NCBI GenBank assembly: GCA_963805625.1
Contig: CAWDVE010000010.1
Coordinates: 1,760,001 to 1,824,000, forward strand
From: an uncultured Candidatus Rokubacteria bacterium
Lineage (GTDB): Bacteria > Methylomirabilota > Methylomirabilia > Rokubacteriales > DASRDR01
DNA length: 64,000 nt
Direction: 5' to 3'
A program made the translations under genes and the position numbers. Shown here piece after piece: positions 20,055-29,628 of the stretch; position 1 is the first letter of the stretch; each line of letters begins with the position of its first letter. The notes below the pieces were generated by a model. It was given only the letters and a program-made list of their open reading frames with translations, made no database searches and was not told the DNA's origin.

Positions 20055-20370
20055 GTGTCAGGCAACGGGGTTCCAGAGCGCCTCGCTGGCGAGCGGTGCT
20101 GCGAGGACGGCGAGCATCAGGGTGAGGATGCGTCGGGACTGGGGGGGACATGAAGTCTCCCTTTCTCGGGCGTTTCCCACCAACGTGGCTCACGGACAAG
20201 GCAACCTGGCGGGTTGGGACACTTATGCCACGGGCTGGGGACCGGCTGACTCTGTCCCCGCCACGCCATGGGGGAAGAGAGTCAAATGCTGCACCGAACG
20301 TAATGCGCTCGCATCACAACCTCCCCGGCACAGCAATTGCTGATCCGTGACCATGGGCGGGGGGTAGGCG

Positions 20371-20937
20371 GTGAGCCTGGGGACGGCCTTGGTAGTCGTG
20401 GCCATCGCGGTCGCCGGCGGCCTCGGTGGCTGGTTGTTGACGGGCGAGTCCGCGATCCTCCAGCCGGTCGCGTTTCCGCACAAGGCACACCTGGATCTCG
20501 AGGATCCCAAGTTCGAGTGCACCACCTGTCACGACCAGGCGACGAAGGGCCCCGTCGCCGGTCGGCCCTCGACCAAGAAATGCCTCTCCTGCCACAGCGG
20601 CGAGAGCAAGAGCGTCGAGGAGAAGAAGCTCCAGGCGTTCGGGGAAAAGGGCGGGGAGATTCCCTGGCGGCGCGTCTGGCGGCTGCCCGCTCATGTCTTC
20701 TTCTCCCACCGCGTCCATGTGGTCGCGGCGAAGGTGAAGTGCCAGACCTGCCACGGCCCCATGGAGACCCTGGATCGACCACCGGGCCGGCCCCTCAAAC
20801 AGCTCGCCATGAGCGATTGCATCGGCTGCCATCAGCAGTGGCGCTGGCCGGACGAGGGCGTCGCGCGGGAAGCAGAGCCGACGCGCGTCCCGACGGCGCG
20901 GCGAGTGTCGACCGACTGCAACGCGTGCCATAGATAG
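20371..20937 (+). CDS. Membrane-anchored pentaheme cytochrome c (ActA/QrcA-like)
   Basis: N-terminal TM; QPVAFPHKAH; five CxxCH motifs (CTTCH, CLSCH, CQTCH, CIGCH, CNACH); HVFFSHRVH. Confidence 0.88.
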   Translation: MSLGTALVVVAIAVAGGLGGWLLTGESAILQPVAFPHKAHLDLEDPKFECTTCHDQATKGPVAGRPSTKKCLSCHSGESKSVEEKKLQAFGEKGGEIPWRRVWRLPAHVFFSHRVHVVAAKVKCQTCHGPMETLDRPPGRPLKQLAMSDCIGCHQQWRWPDEGVAREAEPTRVPTARRVSTDCNACHR

Positions 20938-20946
20938 GGTGACACG

Positions 20947-23358
20947 ATGCGCGTGACGCGGCGCCGTTTCCTCCAGGCCCTCGGCGCGTCTGCTGGGGCC
21001 GCGGCGGTTACCGGCAGTATGTTGACGCGGGCCGAGCAGGCCGGCCAGCGCCTCAAGACATGGGCCACGCCCGAGCAGACCGTGGTCCCCGCCATCTGCC
21101 AGCAGTGCCCCGGCGGATGCGGGGTCCTGGTCCGGGTGCTGGACGGCGAGGTCGCGGGGTTGTCGGGCAATCCGCTCCACCCGGTCAACCGGGGCGGACT
21201 GTGTCCGAAGGCCTACGGGGGCCTCCAGCTCCTCAACGACCCGAACCGCCTCCGAGGGCCGATGGTGCGGGACGGAGAGCGCGGGCGCTTCCGGCCCATT
21301 GGCTGGGATGAGGCCCTGGGCTTGGTGACGCGACGCCTCTCCGAGCTGCGAGCCCAGGGCCTCCCGCATACGGTGGCGATCCTAGGTGGACAGTACCGAG
21401 GCTACCGCGACACGCTCTGGCGACGGTTCGCCGAGGCATACGGGACCCCCAACTACGTTCGTGTCCGCTGCCTCGCTCCGGAGCGGCCGGCCCTGGCCCA
21501 CCAGCTCATGCAGGGCGTGACGGTTCCCCTCGGGTACGATCTCGGCGAAGCTCAGCTGATCCTGGCCTTCGGGACCGGCCTCCTGGAGTCGTGGCTCGGC
21601 CCGGTCCACGCCGCGCAAGCCTTCGCCCGTCTTCGCCGGAGCGCCGATCGGCCCCGCGGCCGGTTCATCCAGGTGGATCCCCGGCGCTCGCCGACCGCGA
21701 TCAAGGCGGACCGTTGGGTTCCGATCGTGCCGGGGACCGATGGGATCCTCGCGCTCGGAATCGCCAATGCCATGATCCGCGAGGGACTCTACGACCGGGA
21801 GTTCGTGGACCAGCACGCATTCGGCTTCGAGGACTGGGCCGACGCCGCCGGTGAGCACCCGGGCTTCAAGAATCTCGTGCTCAAGGAGTACGGGCTCCTC
21901 ACCGTGTCGGCGGCTACCGGGGTGCCGGTCAAGACCATTCTCGAGACCGCCCGGGACCTCGGCACCATCAGGCCGGCCGTCGTGCTCGGGGAGCGGGGCC
22001 CCGCGTTCGGGTCCGACGATCTCCACACCCGGATGGCGCTTCACAGCCTCAACGCGCTGGCCGGCAACCTCGGCGTCCGGGGGGGACTCCTGATCCAGGG
22101 GGACCTGCCGCTGACCGCGGTGCCCCGGGTGTCACGCGACGAGGTCGCGAGGCGCGGGCTCGACCACCCCCGGCTCGACGGCGCGGGACAGGGCGAGTAC
22201 CTACTGGCCTCCGACGCGCCCCAGGCGCTGCCGGAGCGGATCCTGGCCGGGACGCCGTACCCGATCAACGTCCTGTTCCTCTTCGCTACCAACCCCGTGG
22301 CCAACCACCCTGCGAAGGAGCGGTTTGCCGAGGCCATGCGCCGGATCCCGTTCAGCGTGAGCTTCTCCCCGTTCCTCGACGAGTCGAGCGCCCTGGCCGA
22401 CCTGATCTTGCCCGACCACACTTACCTCGAGCGCTGGCAGGACGACCAGGTCACGCACTTGGCTGGCTTCAGCTGCTTCAGCCTGGCCCGGCCGGCGGCC
22501 ACGCCCCTTCACCAGACGCGCAACACGGCCGACGTCCTGCTCCAGGTCGCCAGAGCGCTGGGCGGAGGGGTGACAGCGAGCCTCGCGTGGGAGAAGTTCG
22601 AGGACCTCCTCTACGAAGGCGCGCGCGGCCTGTACGACGCCGGACGAGGGTACGTGGTCGCGGCCCACACAGAGGAAGCGCTGCGGAAGATCCTCGAACG
22701 CCAAGGGTATTGGACGCCGGAGTTCGAGTCCTACGACGACTTCTGGGAGGCGCTCGGACGGCGTGGCGCCTGGTGGGACCCCACGAGCCTTCCGGTGAGC
22801 CGCAAGACGCTCCTCAAGACGCAGACAGGGAAGTTCGAATTCTACGCCCTGGGGCTCAAGCGGCTCCGGGAGAACGCCGTGAAGGGCGGGGCGAAGCTGG
22901 AGGCCGTCGCGCAAGCCCTCGGCCGGCGAGACCCGGATGATCTCGCCTTCCTGCCGGCCGTCGCGATCCCTCCCGCTCGGGAGTCGGGCTCGTTCCCCCT
23001 GCGCCTCAACACCTACCGTCTAATGAGCCGGCCCACGGGAGGCGGGAGGAACCAACCCTGGCTCCTCGAGCAGCCGGCCGTCCACGTCCGGGCGTCGTGG
23101 GAGGGCTGGGTGGAGATCCACCCGAAGACGGCGGTCGGGCTCGGGGTGAAGAGCGGCGACTGGGTCTGGGTCGAGTCGGCCAAGGGGCGGATCCGCCTGA
23201 AGGCCAAGCTCTATACCGGGACTCTCCCCGACATGGTCCACGTGCCGCTCTTCGGGGGCGAAGGACCGAACCCCAACGACCTGATCGCCAGCGAGGCGGA
23301 CCCGTTCAGGGGCTTTGGCCTTCTCAACACTACCCGGGTGCGGATCACGAAAGTCTGA
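20947..23358 (+). CDS. Tat-exported molybdopterin-oxidoreductase-family subunit (QrcB/ActB/PsrA-like)
   Basis: TRRRFLQ Tat motif; CQQCPGGC...LCPK FS0 motif; ADLILPDHTYLE; C-terminal EIHPKTA domain. Confidence 0.88.
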   Translation: MRVTRRRFLQALGASAGAAAVTGSMLTRAEQAGQRLKTWATPEQTVVPAICQQCPGGCGVLVRVLDGEVAGLSGNPLHPVNRGGLCPKAYGGLQLLNDPNRLRGPMVRDGERGRFRPIGWDEALGLVTRRLSELRAQGLPHTVAILGGQYRGYRDTLWRRFAEAYGTPNYVRVRCLAPERPALAHQLMQGVTVPLGYDLGEAQLILAFGTGLLESWLGPVHAAQAFARLRRSADRPRGRFIQVDPRRSPTAIKADRWVPIVPGTDGILALGIANAMIREGLYDREFVDQHAFGFEDWADAAGEHPGFKNLVLKEYGLLTVSAATGVPVKTILETARDLGTIRPAVVLGERGPAFGSDDLHTRMALHSLNALAGNLGVRGGLLIQGDLPLTAVPRVSRDEVARRGLDHPRLDGAGQGEYLLASDAPQALPERILAGTPYPINVLFLFATNPVANHPAKERFAEAMRRIPFSVSFSPFLDESSALADLILPDHTYLERWQDDQVTHLAGFSCFSLARPAATPLHQTRNTADVLLQVARALGGGVTASLAWEKFEDLLYEGARGLYDAGRGYVVAAHTEEALRKILERQGYWTPEFESYDDFWEALGRRGAWWDPTSLPVSRKTLLKTQTGKFEFYALGLKRLRENAVKGGAKLEAVAQALGRRDPDDLAFLPAVAIPPARESGSFPLRLNTYRLMSRPTGGGRNQPWLLEQPAVHVRASWEGWVEIHPKTAVGLGVKSGDWVWVESAKGRIRLKAKLYTGTLPDMVHVPLFGGEGPNPNDLIASEADPFRGFGLLNTTRVRITKV

Positions 23359-23359
23359 C

Positions 23360-24043
23360 ATGGCGCTCTGGGGGATGGTGATCGATCTCGACCGTTGCAC
23401 CGGCTGCCAGGCGTGCGTCATGGCGTGCAAGGCAGAGAACAACGTGCCCGCCGTCGGGGCGAGAGAGGCCGCACTCGGCCGGACCATCAGCTGGATGCAG
23501 GTGCTGACCGAGGAGGACGAGACGCGCCCCGGAGAGGTGAAGCGCTTCCTGCCCAGGCCGTGCCTCCAGTGCGATGATCCCCCGTGCACCAAGGTCTGCC
23601 CCGTCTACGCCACCTACCGCAACCCCGAGGGGATCGTCGCCCAGATCTACGCGCGCTGCATCGGGTGCCGCTTCTGCATGGCGGCTTGCCCGTACAACGC
23701 CAAGTACTTCAACTGGCGGGTCTACCAGAAGGAGGGGCCGGGGCAGAACCCGGACGTGTCGGTTCGTCCCAAGGGTGTCGTGGAAAAGTGCACCTTCTGC
23801 CATCACCGCCTCCAGAAGGCCCGGGAGCGTGCACTCGCTGAGCGGCGGGACCTGGCCCCCGGGGAGTACGTTACCGCCTGCGCCGAGGCCTGCCCAGCGC
23901 GCGCGATCACCTTCGGAGACCTCTCCGATCCCGGCAGCGAGGTCTCGCGCCTCGCGCGGAGTCCCCGCGCCTTCAGGCTCCAGGAGGAGCTGGGGACGAA
24001 GCCCAAGGTGATCTACCTGACCGAGGGCGAGAACCATGGGTGA
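23360..24043 (+). CDS. Four-cluster Fe-S protein (NrfC/PsrB/QrcC-like)
   Basis: CTGCQACVMAC, CLQCDDPPCTKVC, CIGCRFCMAACP, CTFC...CAEACP. Confidence 0.92.
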   Translation: MALWGMVIDLDRCTGCQACVMACKAENNVPAVGAREAALGRTISWMQVLTEEDETRPGEVKRFLPRPCLQCDDPPCTKVCPVYATYRNPEGIVAQIYARCIGCRFCMAACPYNAKYFNWRVYQKEGPGQNPDVSVRPKGVVEKCTFCHHRLQKARERALAERRDLAPGEYVTACAEACPARAITFGDLSDPGSEVSRLARSPRAFRLQEELGTKPKVIYLTEGENHG

Positions 24044-25400
24044 GCCCCGGATCGGCCGCGGGGACCCGTACGAGGCCCCCCTGCTCGCCCCCATCGAGCG
24101 AACGGGACCCGGGTTCTACTGGGCCGTGGGCGCTCTCTCGCTGCTCATCGCCTGGGGAGCCGTGGCCTACTGGCGGCAGTTCACCGAGGGGCTCGGGGTG
24201 ACGGGGCTCCACCAGCCGGTGTCCTGGGGCTTCTACGTCACCAACTTCGTCTTCTTCATCGGGATCAGCCATGCCGGGACCCTGATCTCGGCGATCCTCC
24301 GGCTCTCGAAGGCGGAGTGGCGGCGCCCCATCACCCGCATGGCCGAGGTGATCACGGTGATGGTCCTCTTCATCGGGGCGGGACAGATCCTGGTGGACCT
24401 GGGCCGGCCCGACCGGATGCTGAACGTCATCCGCTACGGCCGCTACCAGTCCCCGCTTCTCTGGGACGCCACCAGCATCAGCGCGTACCTTACTGCCAGC
24501 ATCGTGTACCTCTACCTCCCGCTGATTCCCGACATCGCCATCCTCCGGGACCGACTCGACAAGCGGAAGCTCCTCTACGCGGTCCTGGCCCTGGGCTGGA
24601 CGGGCAGCGCGCGCCAGCAGAAGGTCCTGAACCGGGCGATCGCGATCATGGCCGTCCTGGTGATCCCAATCGCGGTCTCAGTCCACTCGGTGGTGTCCTT
24701 CGTCTTCTCCATGACGCTCCAGCCCATGTGGCACTCGACGATCTTCGGTCCCTACTTCGTCGTGGGCGCCATCTTCTCGGGCATCGCCGCCCTCATCGTG
24801 GCGATGATCGTCTTCCGGAAGGCTTACGGGCTCGAGGCCTACCTGAAGCCGGTCCACTTCCGCTATCTGGGGCAGCTCCTCCTGATCATGTCGCTTCTCT
24901 GGTTCTATTTCACCTTCGCCGAGTACCTGACCGGCTACTACGGAGCGGAGCCGGAAGAGATGCACGTCTTCTGGGCCAAGGTGACCGGACCCTTCCGGCT
25001 GTTCTTCTGGGGAATGGCCCTCACGAACTTCGTCGTTCCGGTGCTCTGCCTGGTGAGGCTGGGCCGCCACACGATCGGCAAGGTCCTCGCGGCTTCTCTG
25101 TCGGTCTCGGTGGGGATGTGGCTGGAGCGCTTCATCATCGTCGTCCCGACGCTCTCGAATCCCAGGCTTCCGTTCCCGGAGGGCCACTACTGGCCGACCT
25201 GGGTGGAGTGGGGGGAGATGACAGGCAGCTTCGCCCTGTTCGCTCTCTTCTACCTCCTCTTCACCAAGCTCTTCCCGATCATCTCCATCTGGGAGATCCG
25301 GGAGGGTCGGGAAGGGATCAAGGAGGTCCGCGAACGGCTCGACAGCTACCTTCCGGCCGCGGCCGAGGCGGAGCTGGCCGTGGCGGAGCCCAGGCGATGA
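24036..25400 (+). CDS. NrfD/PsrC-family quinone-interacting membrane subunit (ActC/QrcD-like)
   Basis: WGFYVTNFVFFIGISHAGTLISAIL, DLGRP, SPLLWD, GMWLERF. Confidence 0.9.
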   Translation: MGEPRIGRGDPYEAPLLAPIERTGPGFYWAVGALSLLIAWGAVAYWRQFTEGLGVTGLHQPVSWGFYVTNFVFFIGISHAGTLISAILRLSKAEWRRPITRMAEVITVMVLFIGAGQILVDLGRPDRMLNVIRYGRYQSPLLWDATSISAYLTASIVYLYLPLIPDIAILRDRLDKRKLLYAVLALGWTGSARQQKVLNRAIAIMAVLVIPIAVSVHSVVSFVFSMTLQPMWHSTIFGPYFVVGAIFSGIAALIVAMIVFRKAYGLEAYLKPVHFRYLGQLLLIMSLLWFYFTFAEYLTGYYGAEPEEMHVFWAKVTGPFRLFFWGMALTNFVVPVLCLVRLGRHTIGKVLAASLSVSVGMWLERFIIVVPTLSNPRLPFPEGHYWPTWVEWGEMTGSFALFALFYLLFTKLFPIISIWEIREGREGIKEVRERLDSYLPAAAEAELAVAEPRR

Positions 25401-25720
25401 CGGGGAGCAGCCCGGGGCCGGTCGCCGAGCGAACCGTGAGGGCCCTCCAGTGGACGATGGCCGGGGCCGCCGTCCTCTTCATCGTCGGGATCATTACCTG
25501 GATCAGTCACCTGATCCGCACCGCCTGGCGGCTCCAGGACGTCCCGTCGGCCTCCATCGGGATCTCGCTGGTGGCGATACCGGTCTTCCTCACCCTGCTC
25601 GGAGTGGTCCTGTACGTCTTCTGGGGGCTCCTGGCGGACCCGGGGCGAGGGAGCGAGCCTCCCGCGCATCCGACGGCGCCTCCCGGGGGCGACCGTCAGA
25701 CCACCGGAGGCAGATCGTGA
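25397..25720 (+). CDS. Small two-TM membrane protein
   Basis: Overlaps both neighbours (ATGA/GTGA); two hydrophobic helices. Confidence 0.65.
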   Translation: MTGSSPGPVAERTVRALQWTMAGAAVLFIVGIITWISHLIRTAWRLQDVPSASIGISLVAIPVFLTLLGVVLYVFWGLLADPGRGSEPPAHPTAPPGGDRQTTGGRS

Positions 25721-26970
25721 AGCGGCGGGTTCTGGTCGTCGGCCTCGTGGCCCTCCTCGCGGGAGTGGGACCGGCACTCGCCGTCCGCCCGGCCTCCGGA
25801 GGTCACGAGGGCCTCTCCGCCATCCTCCCGGGCAATCCGCTGGAGGGAAGCCGGCTCTTCACCGGGAAGGGGTGCCTCAGCTGCCACTCCGTCCATGGCG
25901 TCGGCGGGACCACCGGGCCCGATCTCGGCCGCGGGATCCTGAACCGCCCCCTCCTCGATATCGCCGGCGTGATGTGGAACCACTCTCCGGGGATGGAGCA
26001 CGTCTTCCAGGAGAAGCGCCTCGCCAGGCCCCGGCTCGAGGTCGCAGAGATGGCGAGCCTGCTGGCGTTCCTCTACTACCTCGGCTCCCTTGATCCCCCC
26101 GGCAATGCGGAGGTCGGCGCCCGCCTCTTCCGGCAGAAGGGCTGCCAGACCTGCCACTCCGTGGGCGGACAGGGCGGCCACATCGGCCCGGAGCTGGACC
26201 AGTACAGCCGCTACGCCTCGCCTCTCCACCTCACGGCCGGCCTGTGGCGACGGGGAAAGGCCATGGCCGCGAAGATGGAAGAGCGGCGGGTCCCGCGCCC
26301 CAGCTTCGAGGGTACCGACATCCCGGATCTCCTCGCGTACATCCGGAGTGCGGGAGGCAGCTCGGAGCGGATCTACGTCCCGCCGGGGAACCCGAAGCAC
26401 GGGGAGGAGCTGTTCACCGCGAAGCGATGCGTGGAGTGCCACTCGGTGAGGGGCCACGGCGGGAAGGTGGGGCCTGACCTCGGGCTCACGGTCAAGGGAA
26501 GTCTCATGCGGATCGCCGGGACGATGTGGAACCACGGGCCCAGGATGTGGGCAAAGATGGCCGAGCGGGGCATCGAGGTCCCCTCGCTCGGCACCGGGGA
26601 GATGGGGGACCTGATCAGCTACCTCTACTTCTTCCAGTTCATCGATCCGGCCGGCGACCCCCGCCGGGGGTGGGTGGTGTACAAGGAGAAGCGGTGCGGC
26701 GCATGCCATGCCGCCACCGGGGCCGGCAAGCCGGTCGCCCCGCCGTTCGCCGATCTGGTCGAGAAGCTCGCCACTCCCCTCGAGGTGGTCACTGCGATGT
26801 GGAATCACGCGGGAAAGATGGAGGAGAAGATGTCGGAGGAGAACGTGGCCTGGCCGGTCCTCAAGGGCGGAGAGATGGCGGACCTGCTCGACTACCTCCT
26901 CTCCGGCCGGGGGGTCGCGGCGCCGTCCGACGGCTCCAAGGTGCCCGCGCCCAAGGGGCAGCCACGGTAG
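25717..26970 (+). CDS. Periplasmic cytochrome c with four tandem mono-heme domains
   Basis: Signal peptide; CLSCH, CQTCH, CVECH, CGACH; three of the four followed by MWNH. Confidence 0.85.
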   Translation: MKRRVLVVGLVALLAGVGPALAVRPASGGHEGLSAILPGNPLEGSRLFTGKGCLSCHSVHGVGGTTGPDLGRGILNRPLLDIAGVMWNHSPGMEHVFQEKRLARPRLEVAEMASLLAFLYYLGSLDPPGNAEVGARLFRQKGCQTCHSVGGQGGHIGPELDQYSRYASPLHLTAGLWRRGKAMAAKMEERRVPRPSFEGTDIPDLLAYIRSAGGSSERIYVPPGNPKHGEELFTAKRCVECHSVRGHGGKVGPDLGLTVKGSLMRIAGTMWNHGPRMWAKMAERGIEVPSLGTGEMGDLISYLYFFQFIDPAGDPRRGWVVYKEKRCGACHAATGAGKPVAPPFADLVEKLATPLEVVTAMWNHAGKMEEKMSEENVAWPVLKGGEMADLLDYLLSGRGVAAPSDGSKVPAPKGQPR

Positions 26971-26999
26971 GGAGACTCCGCAACACAAGGAGGTGCGCG

Positions 27000-27968
27000 A
27001 TGACGCGCTCAAGAGGCACGTTCGGGACGCTGTTGCTCGCCGTCTTGGTCGGGCTCGGGCCGGCCGCGGCCGACGAAATGGAGATCGCCGCCAAGAAGGT
27101 CACGGAGGCACCCGCGATCGACGGGAAGGTGGACAAGATCTGGGATGGCGTCAAGGCCACGAAAGTGACCGCGTCCGAGGGCCCGCAGGGCGACGTCGAG
27201 ATCAGCCTGAAGGTCCTCTACACGGACAAAGACGTTTACTTCCTGTTCCAGTGGCCCGACAAGACCCAGAGCCTCAACCGGCTCTACGAGTTCACCGGGA
27301 CCGAGTGGAAGAAGCTCAAGGGGGCCGAGGACCGGTTCAACCTCATGTGGGACATCGCCAACACAATGAAGGAGTTCCCCGCCAAGGGATGCACGGCCGC
27401 GTGCCACAAGCAGGACAAGAAGATCTGGCTCAGTACCAACGGACCCACCGAGCGGCTGGACGTGTGGCACTGGAAGGCGCAGCGCTCGAACCCGGTGGGC
27501 TATGCCGATGACCAGTGGCTGGGCCACGAGCTCCGCAAGGAGGGGGACGAGGAGATCGCCCGGGGTAACGACGCGAAGACCGCCGGGGGCTACTCGGACA
27601 ACTGGGACAAGGATGCCAAGCGCCCCAAGTACATGTTCAAAGAAGGAGTCAAGCCGGGGCCGATCCTCCTGAAGAAGGACGCGGTGGAGATCAAGGACGC
27701 GAAGTTCAAGGCGGGCGACCGACTGCCGCGTGAGGTGCTGGAGAAGCCAGTCGGGAGCCGCGGCGACATCGAGGCCAAGGGGGTATGGGACAAGGGTCGC
27801 TGGACCCTCGAACTCCGGCGGGCTCGCGACACCGGGGACAAGGAAAACGACATCCAGTTCACTGATCCGAACCGGCCATACTACTTCGGGATCTCGGTTC
27901 ACGACGACGCCGGCGACGAGGACCATTCTCACACCGGCCGCACGGCGATGAAGCTGCTCCTGAAGTGA
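27000..27968 (+). CDS. Ethylbenzene-dehydrogenase gamma-like (DOMON) heme protein
   Basis: Signal peptide; APAIDG, YFLFQWPD, EDR, CTAACH, DVWHWKAQR, WTLELRR. Confidence 0.8.
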   Translation: MTRSRGTFGTLLLAVLVGLGPAAADEMEIAAKKVTEAPAIDGKVDKIWDGVKATKVTASEGPQGDVEISLKVLYTDKDVYFLFQWPDKTQSLNRLYEFTGTEWKKLKGAEDRFNLMWDIANTMKEFPAKGCTAACHKQDKKIWLSTNGPTERLDVWHWKAQRSNPVGYADDQWLGHELRKEGDEEIARGNDAKTAGGYSDNWDKDAKRPKYMFKEGVKPGPILLKKDAVEIKDAKFKAGDRLPREVLEKPVGSRGDIEAKGVWDKGRWTLELRRARDTGDKENDIQFTDPNRPYYFGISVHDDAGDEDHSHTGRTAMKLLLK

Positions 27969-28175
27969 CGGGGAGGGACGCTGGAGCGGGCGGTTCAGGA
28001 CTGACCCTGCGCGGGGGGAGGTATGCGTCAGCCGGCTCGGCGGCCGCCTTGGTGGGTGAGGGCCGCCCCGCCGGCGCCGCCGAGATCGACGAGGTGGCCG
28101 GGGTCCTATCGGCCACGCAGGGCACGGTGGTCGCCGGCAACATCGACGCGGTGCAGCAGGGGGTGGCCCCGAGCC

Positions 28176-29492
28176 TGTCCTTCGCCAAAACCTGTCCGGT
28201 GGATAAGCGGTTGATCTTTTGGCTCTGATCCGGAGACAATCGCCGCCCCATGATCACTACGCTGCTGCACCTGCTTCGACTCTTCCCGTTCCTCTGCGTC
28301 GGCCACCGCCAACTTGCTCTCGAGAACCTCGCCTTGCGCCAGCAGCTCGCCGTGTACAAGAGAACGGCGAAGCGGCCGCAACTGCGCCGCCGCGAGCGGC
28401 TCTTCTGGGTCTGCTTGTCCAGGGTGTGGACGAAATGGAGAGCGGCCCTCGTCATCGTGGCACCCGACACCGTCCTGCGCTGGCAGCGGCACCGCTTCCG
28501 TCTGCACTGGACCACGCTTTCCGGCCGGCCCGCCGGGGGCCGCCCGCCCGTCAGCCCCGAGATCAGAGCCCTTGTCAGACAAATGGCCGCGGCGAATCCG
28601 CTCTGGGGCGCCCCGAGAATCCATGGTGAGCTCCTGAAGCTCGGCATCGACATCGGCGAGCGCACTGTCTCCCGGCTGATCCCCAAGCGTCGCACCCCGC
28701 CGTCTCAGACCTGGCGCACGTTCCTCACCAACCATGTCCGCGACCTGGTCTCGATCGACTTCTTCACCGTGCCCACTGCTGGGTGGCGCGTCCTCTTCGT
28801 CCTCGTCGTGCTCGCTCACCATCGGCGGCGCGTCGTCCACTTCAACGTCACCGAGCATCCCACCGCCTGGACCGCCCAGCAGATCGTGGAGGCGTTCCCG
28901 GACGACACCGCGCCAGCCTATCTCCTCCGCGATCACGACACGATCTACGGTCACGCCTTCCGGCGACGGGTGAAGGGCCTGCAGATCCAGGAGGTCCTCA
29001 CGGCCGCCCGCTGCCCGTGGCAGAATCCCTTCGTGGAACGGCTCATCGGCTCGATACGGCGCGAGTGTCTGGACCATGTCCTCGTTCTGAGCGAGCCGCA
29101 CCTGCACCGCATCCTGACCCGCTACTTCGCGTACTGTCACCGCGCCCGAACGCATCTCTCACTCGAGAAGGATGCGCCAGACGTCAGGCCCATCGAGCGG
29201 CCGGCGATGGGCACGATCGTGCCGATCTCCGAGGTCGGGGGCCTGCATCATCGATACGTACGGCGGGCGGCATAACCCAGCATCGACCGGCTCGCGCCCC
29301 GCTACTCTTCGTCGTCCCGGCCGTCATCCGTCCTGCACGGACGATCACATCTTTCTGTGCTAGGCCCGATCGCCGGAGGATGCCGACTGCCTTGCGGCGG
29401 GCCAGCCGCTCACCTGTCGTCAGGCGTGCTGAGCCCGCCGGTCGCCCACGGAGCGTCGCCAGGCGAGTCGGCCGCGGTTTTGGCGAAGGACA
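28176..29492 (+). mobile_element. Insertion sequence, about 1.3 kb, IS3/IS481-like DDE type
   Basis: Perfect 17-bp terminal IRs TGTCCTTCGCCAAAACC / GGTTTTGGCGAAGGACA (TG...CA); 3-bp GCC flanking duplication. Confidence 0.88.
28250..29275 (+). CDS. Integrase-core (rve) DDE transposase
   Basis: WGAPRIHGEL, SIDFF, LRDHD, PWQNPFVERLIGSIRRECLD. Confidence 0.9.
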   Translation: MITTLLHLLRLFPFLCVGHRQLALENLALRQQLAVYKRTAKRPQLRRRERLFWVCLSRVWTKWRAALVIVAPDTVLRWQRHRFRLHWTTLSGRPAGGRPPVSPEIRALVRQMAAANPLWGAPRIHGELLKLGIDIGERTVSRLIPKRRTPPSQTWRTFLTNHVRDLVSIDFFTVPTAGWRVLFVLVVLAHHRRRVVHFNVTEHPTAWTAQQIVEAFPDDTAPAYLLRDHDTIYGHAFRRRVKGLQIQEVLTAARCPWQNPFVERLIGSIRRECLDHVLVLSEPHLHRILTRYFAYCHRARTHLSLEKDAPDVRPIERPAMGTIVPISEVGGLHHRYVRRAA

Positions 29493-29628
29493 GCCCGCTC
29501 AGTGTCACCATCAACACGCGCCAAGGCACACAGGAATGGGACACGGCGACGCAAGTCGTCATGTGGTACCTCCCCGGTGGTCATGTCGACCTCGGTGTCC
29601 CTCCGATCGACGGCGCCTGGTTTGATGC

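Larger units (their letters stand above)
28040..29628 (+). pseudogene. Gene remnant interrupted by the IS
   Basis: Removing 28176-29495 restores one frame: ...NIDAVQQGVAPS|PLSVTINTRQGTQEWDT...; boundaries approximate. Confidence 0.5.

Noticed and set aside
28250-29275. The 'integrase core' ORF as the island integrase
   Set aside because: It is a DDE transposase within its own IRs and target duplication, not a tyrosine or serine recombinase.
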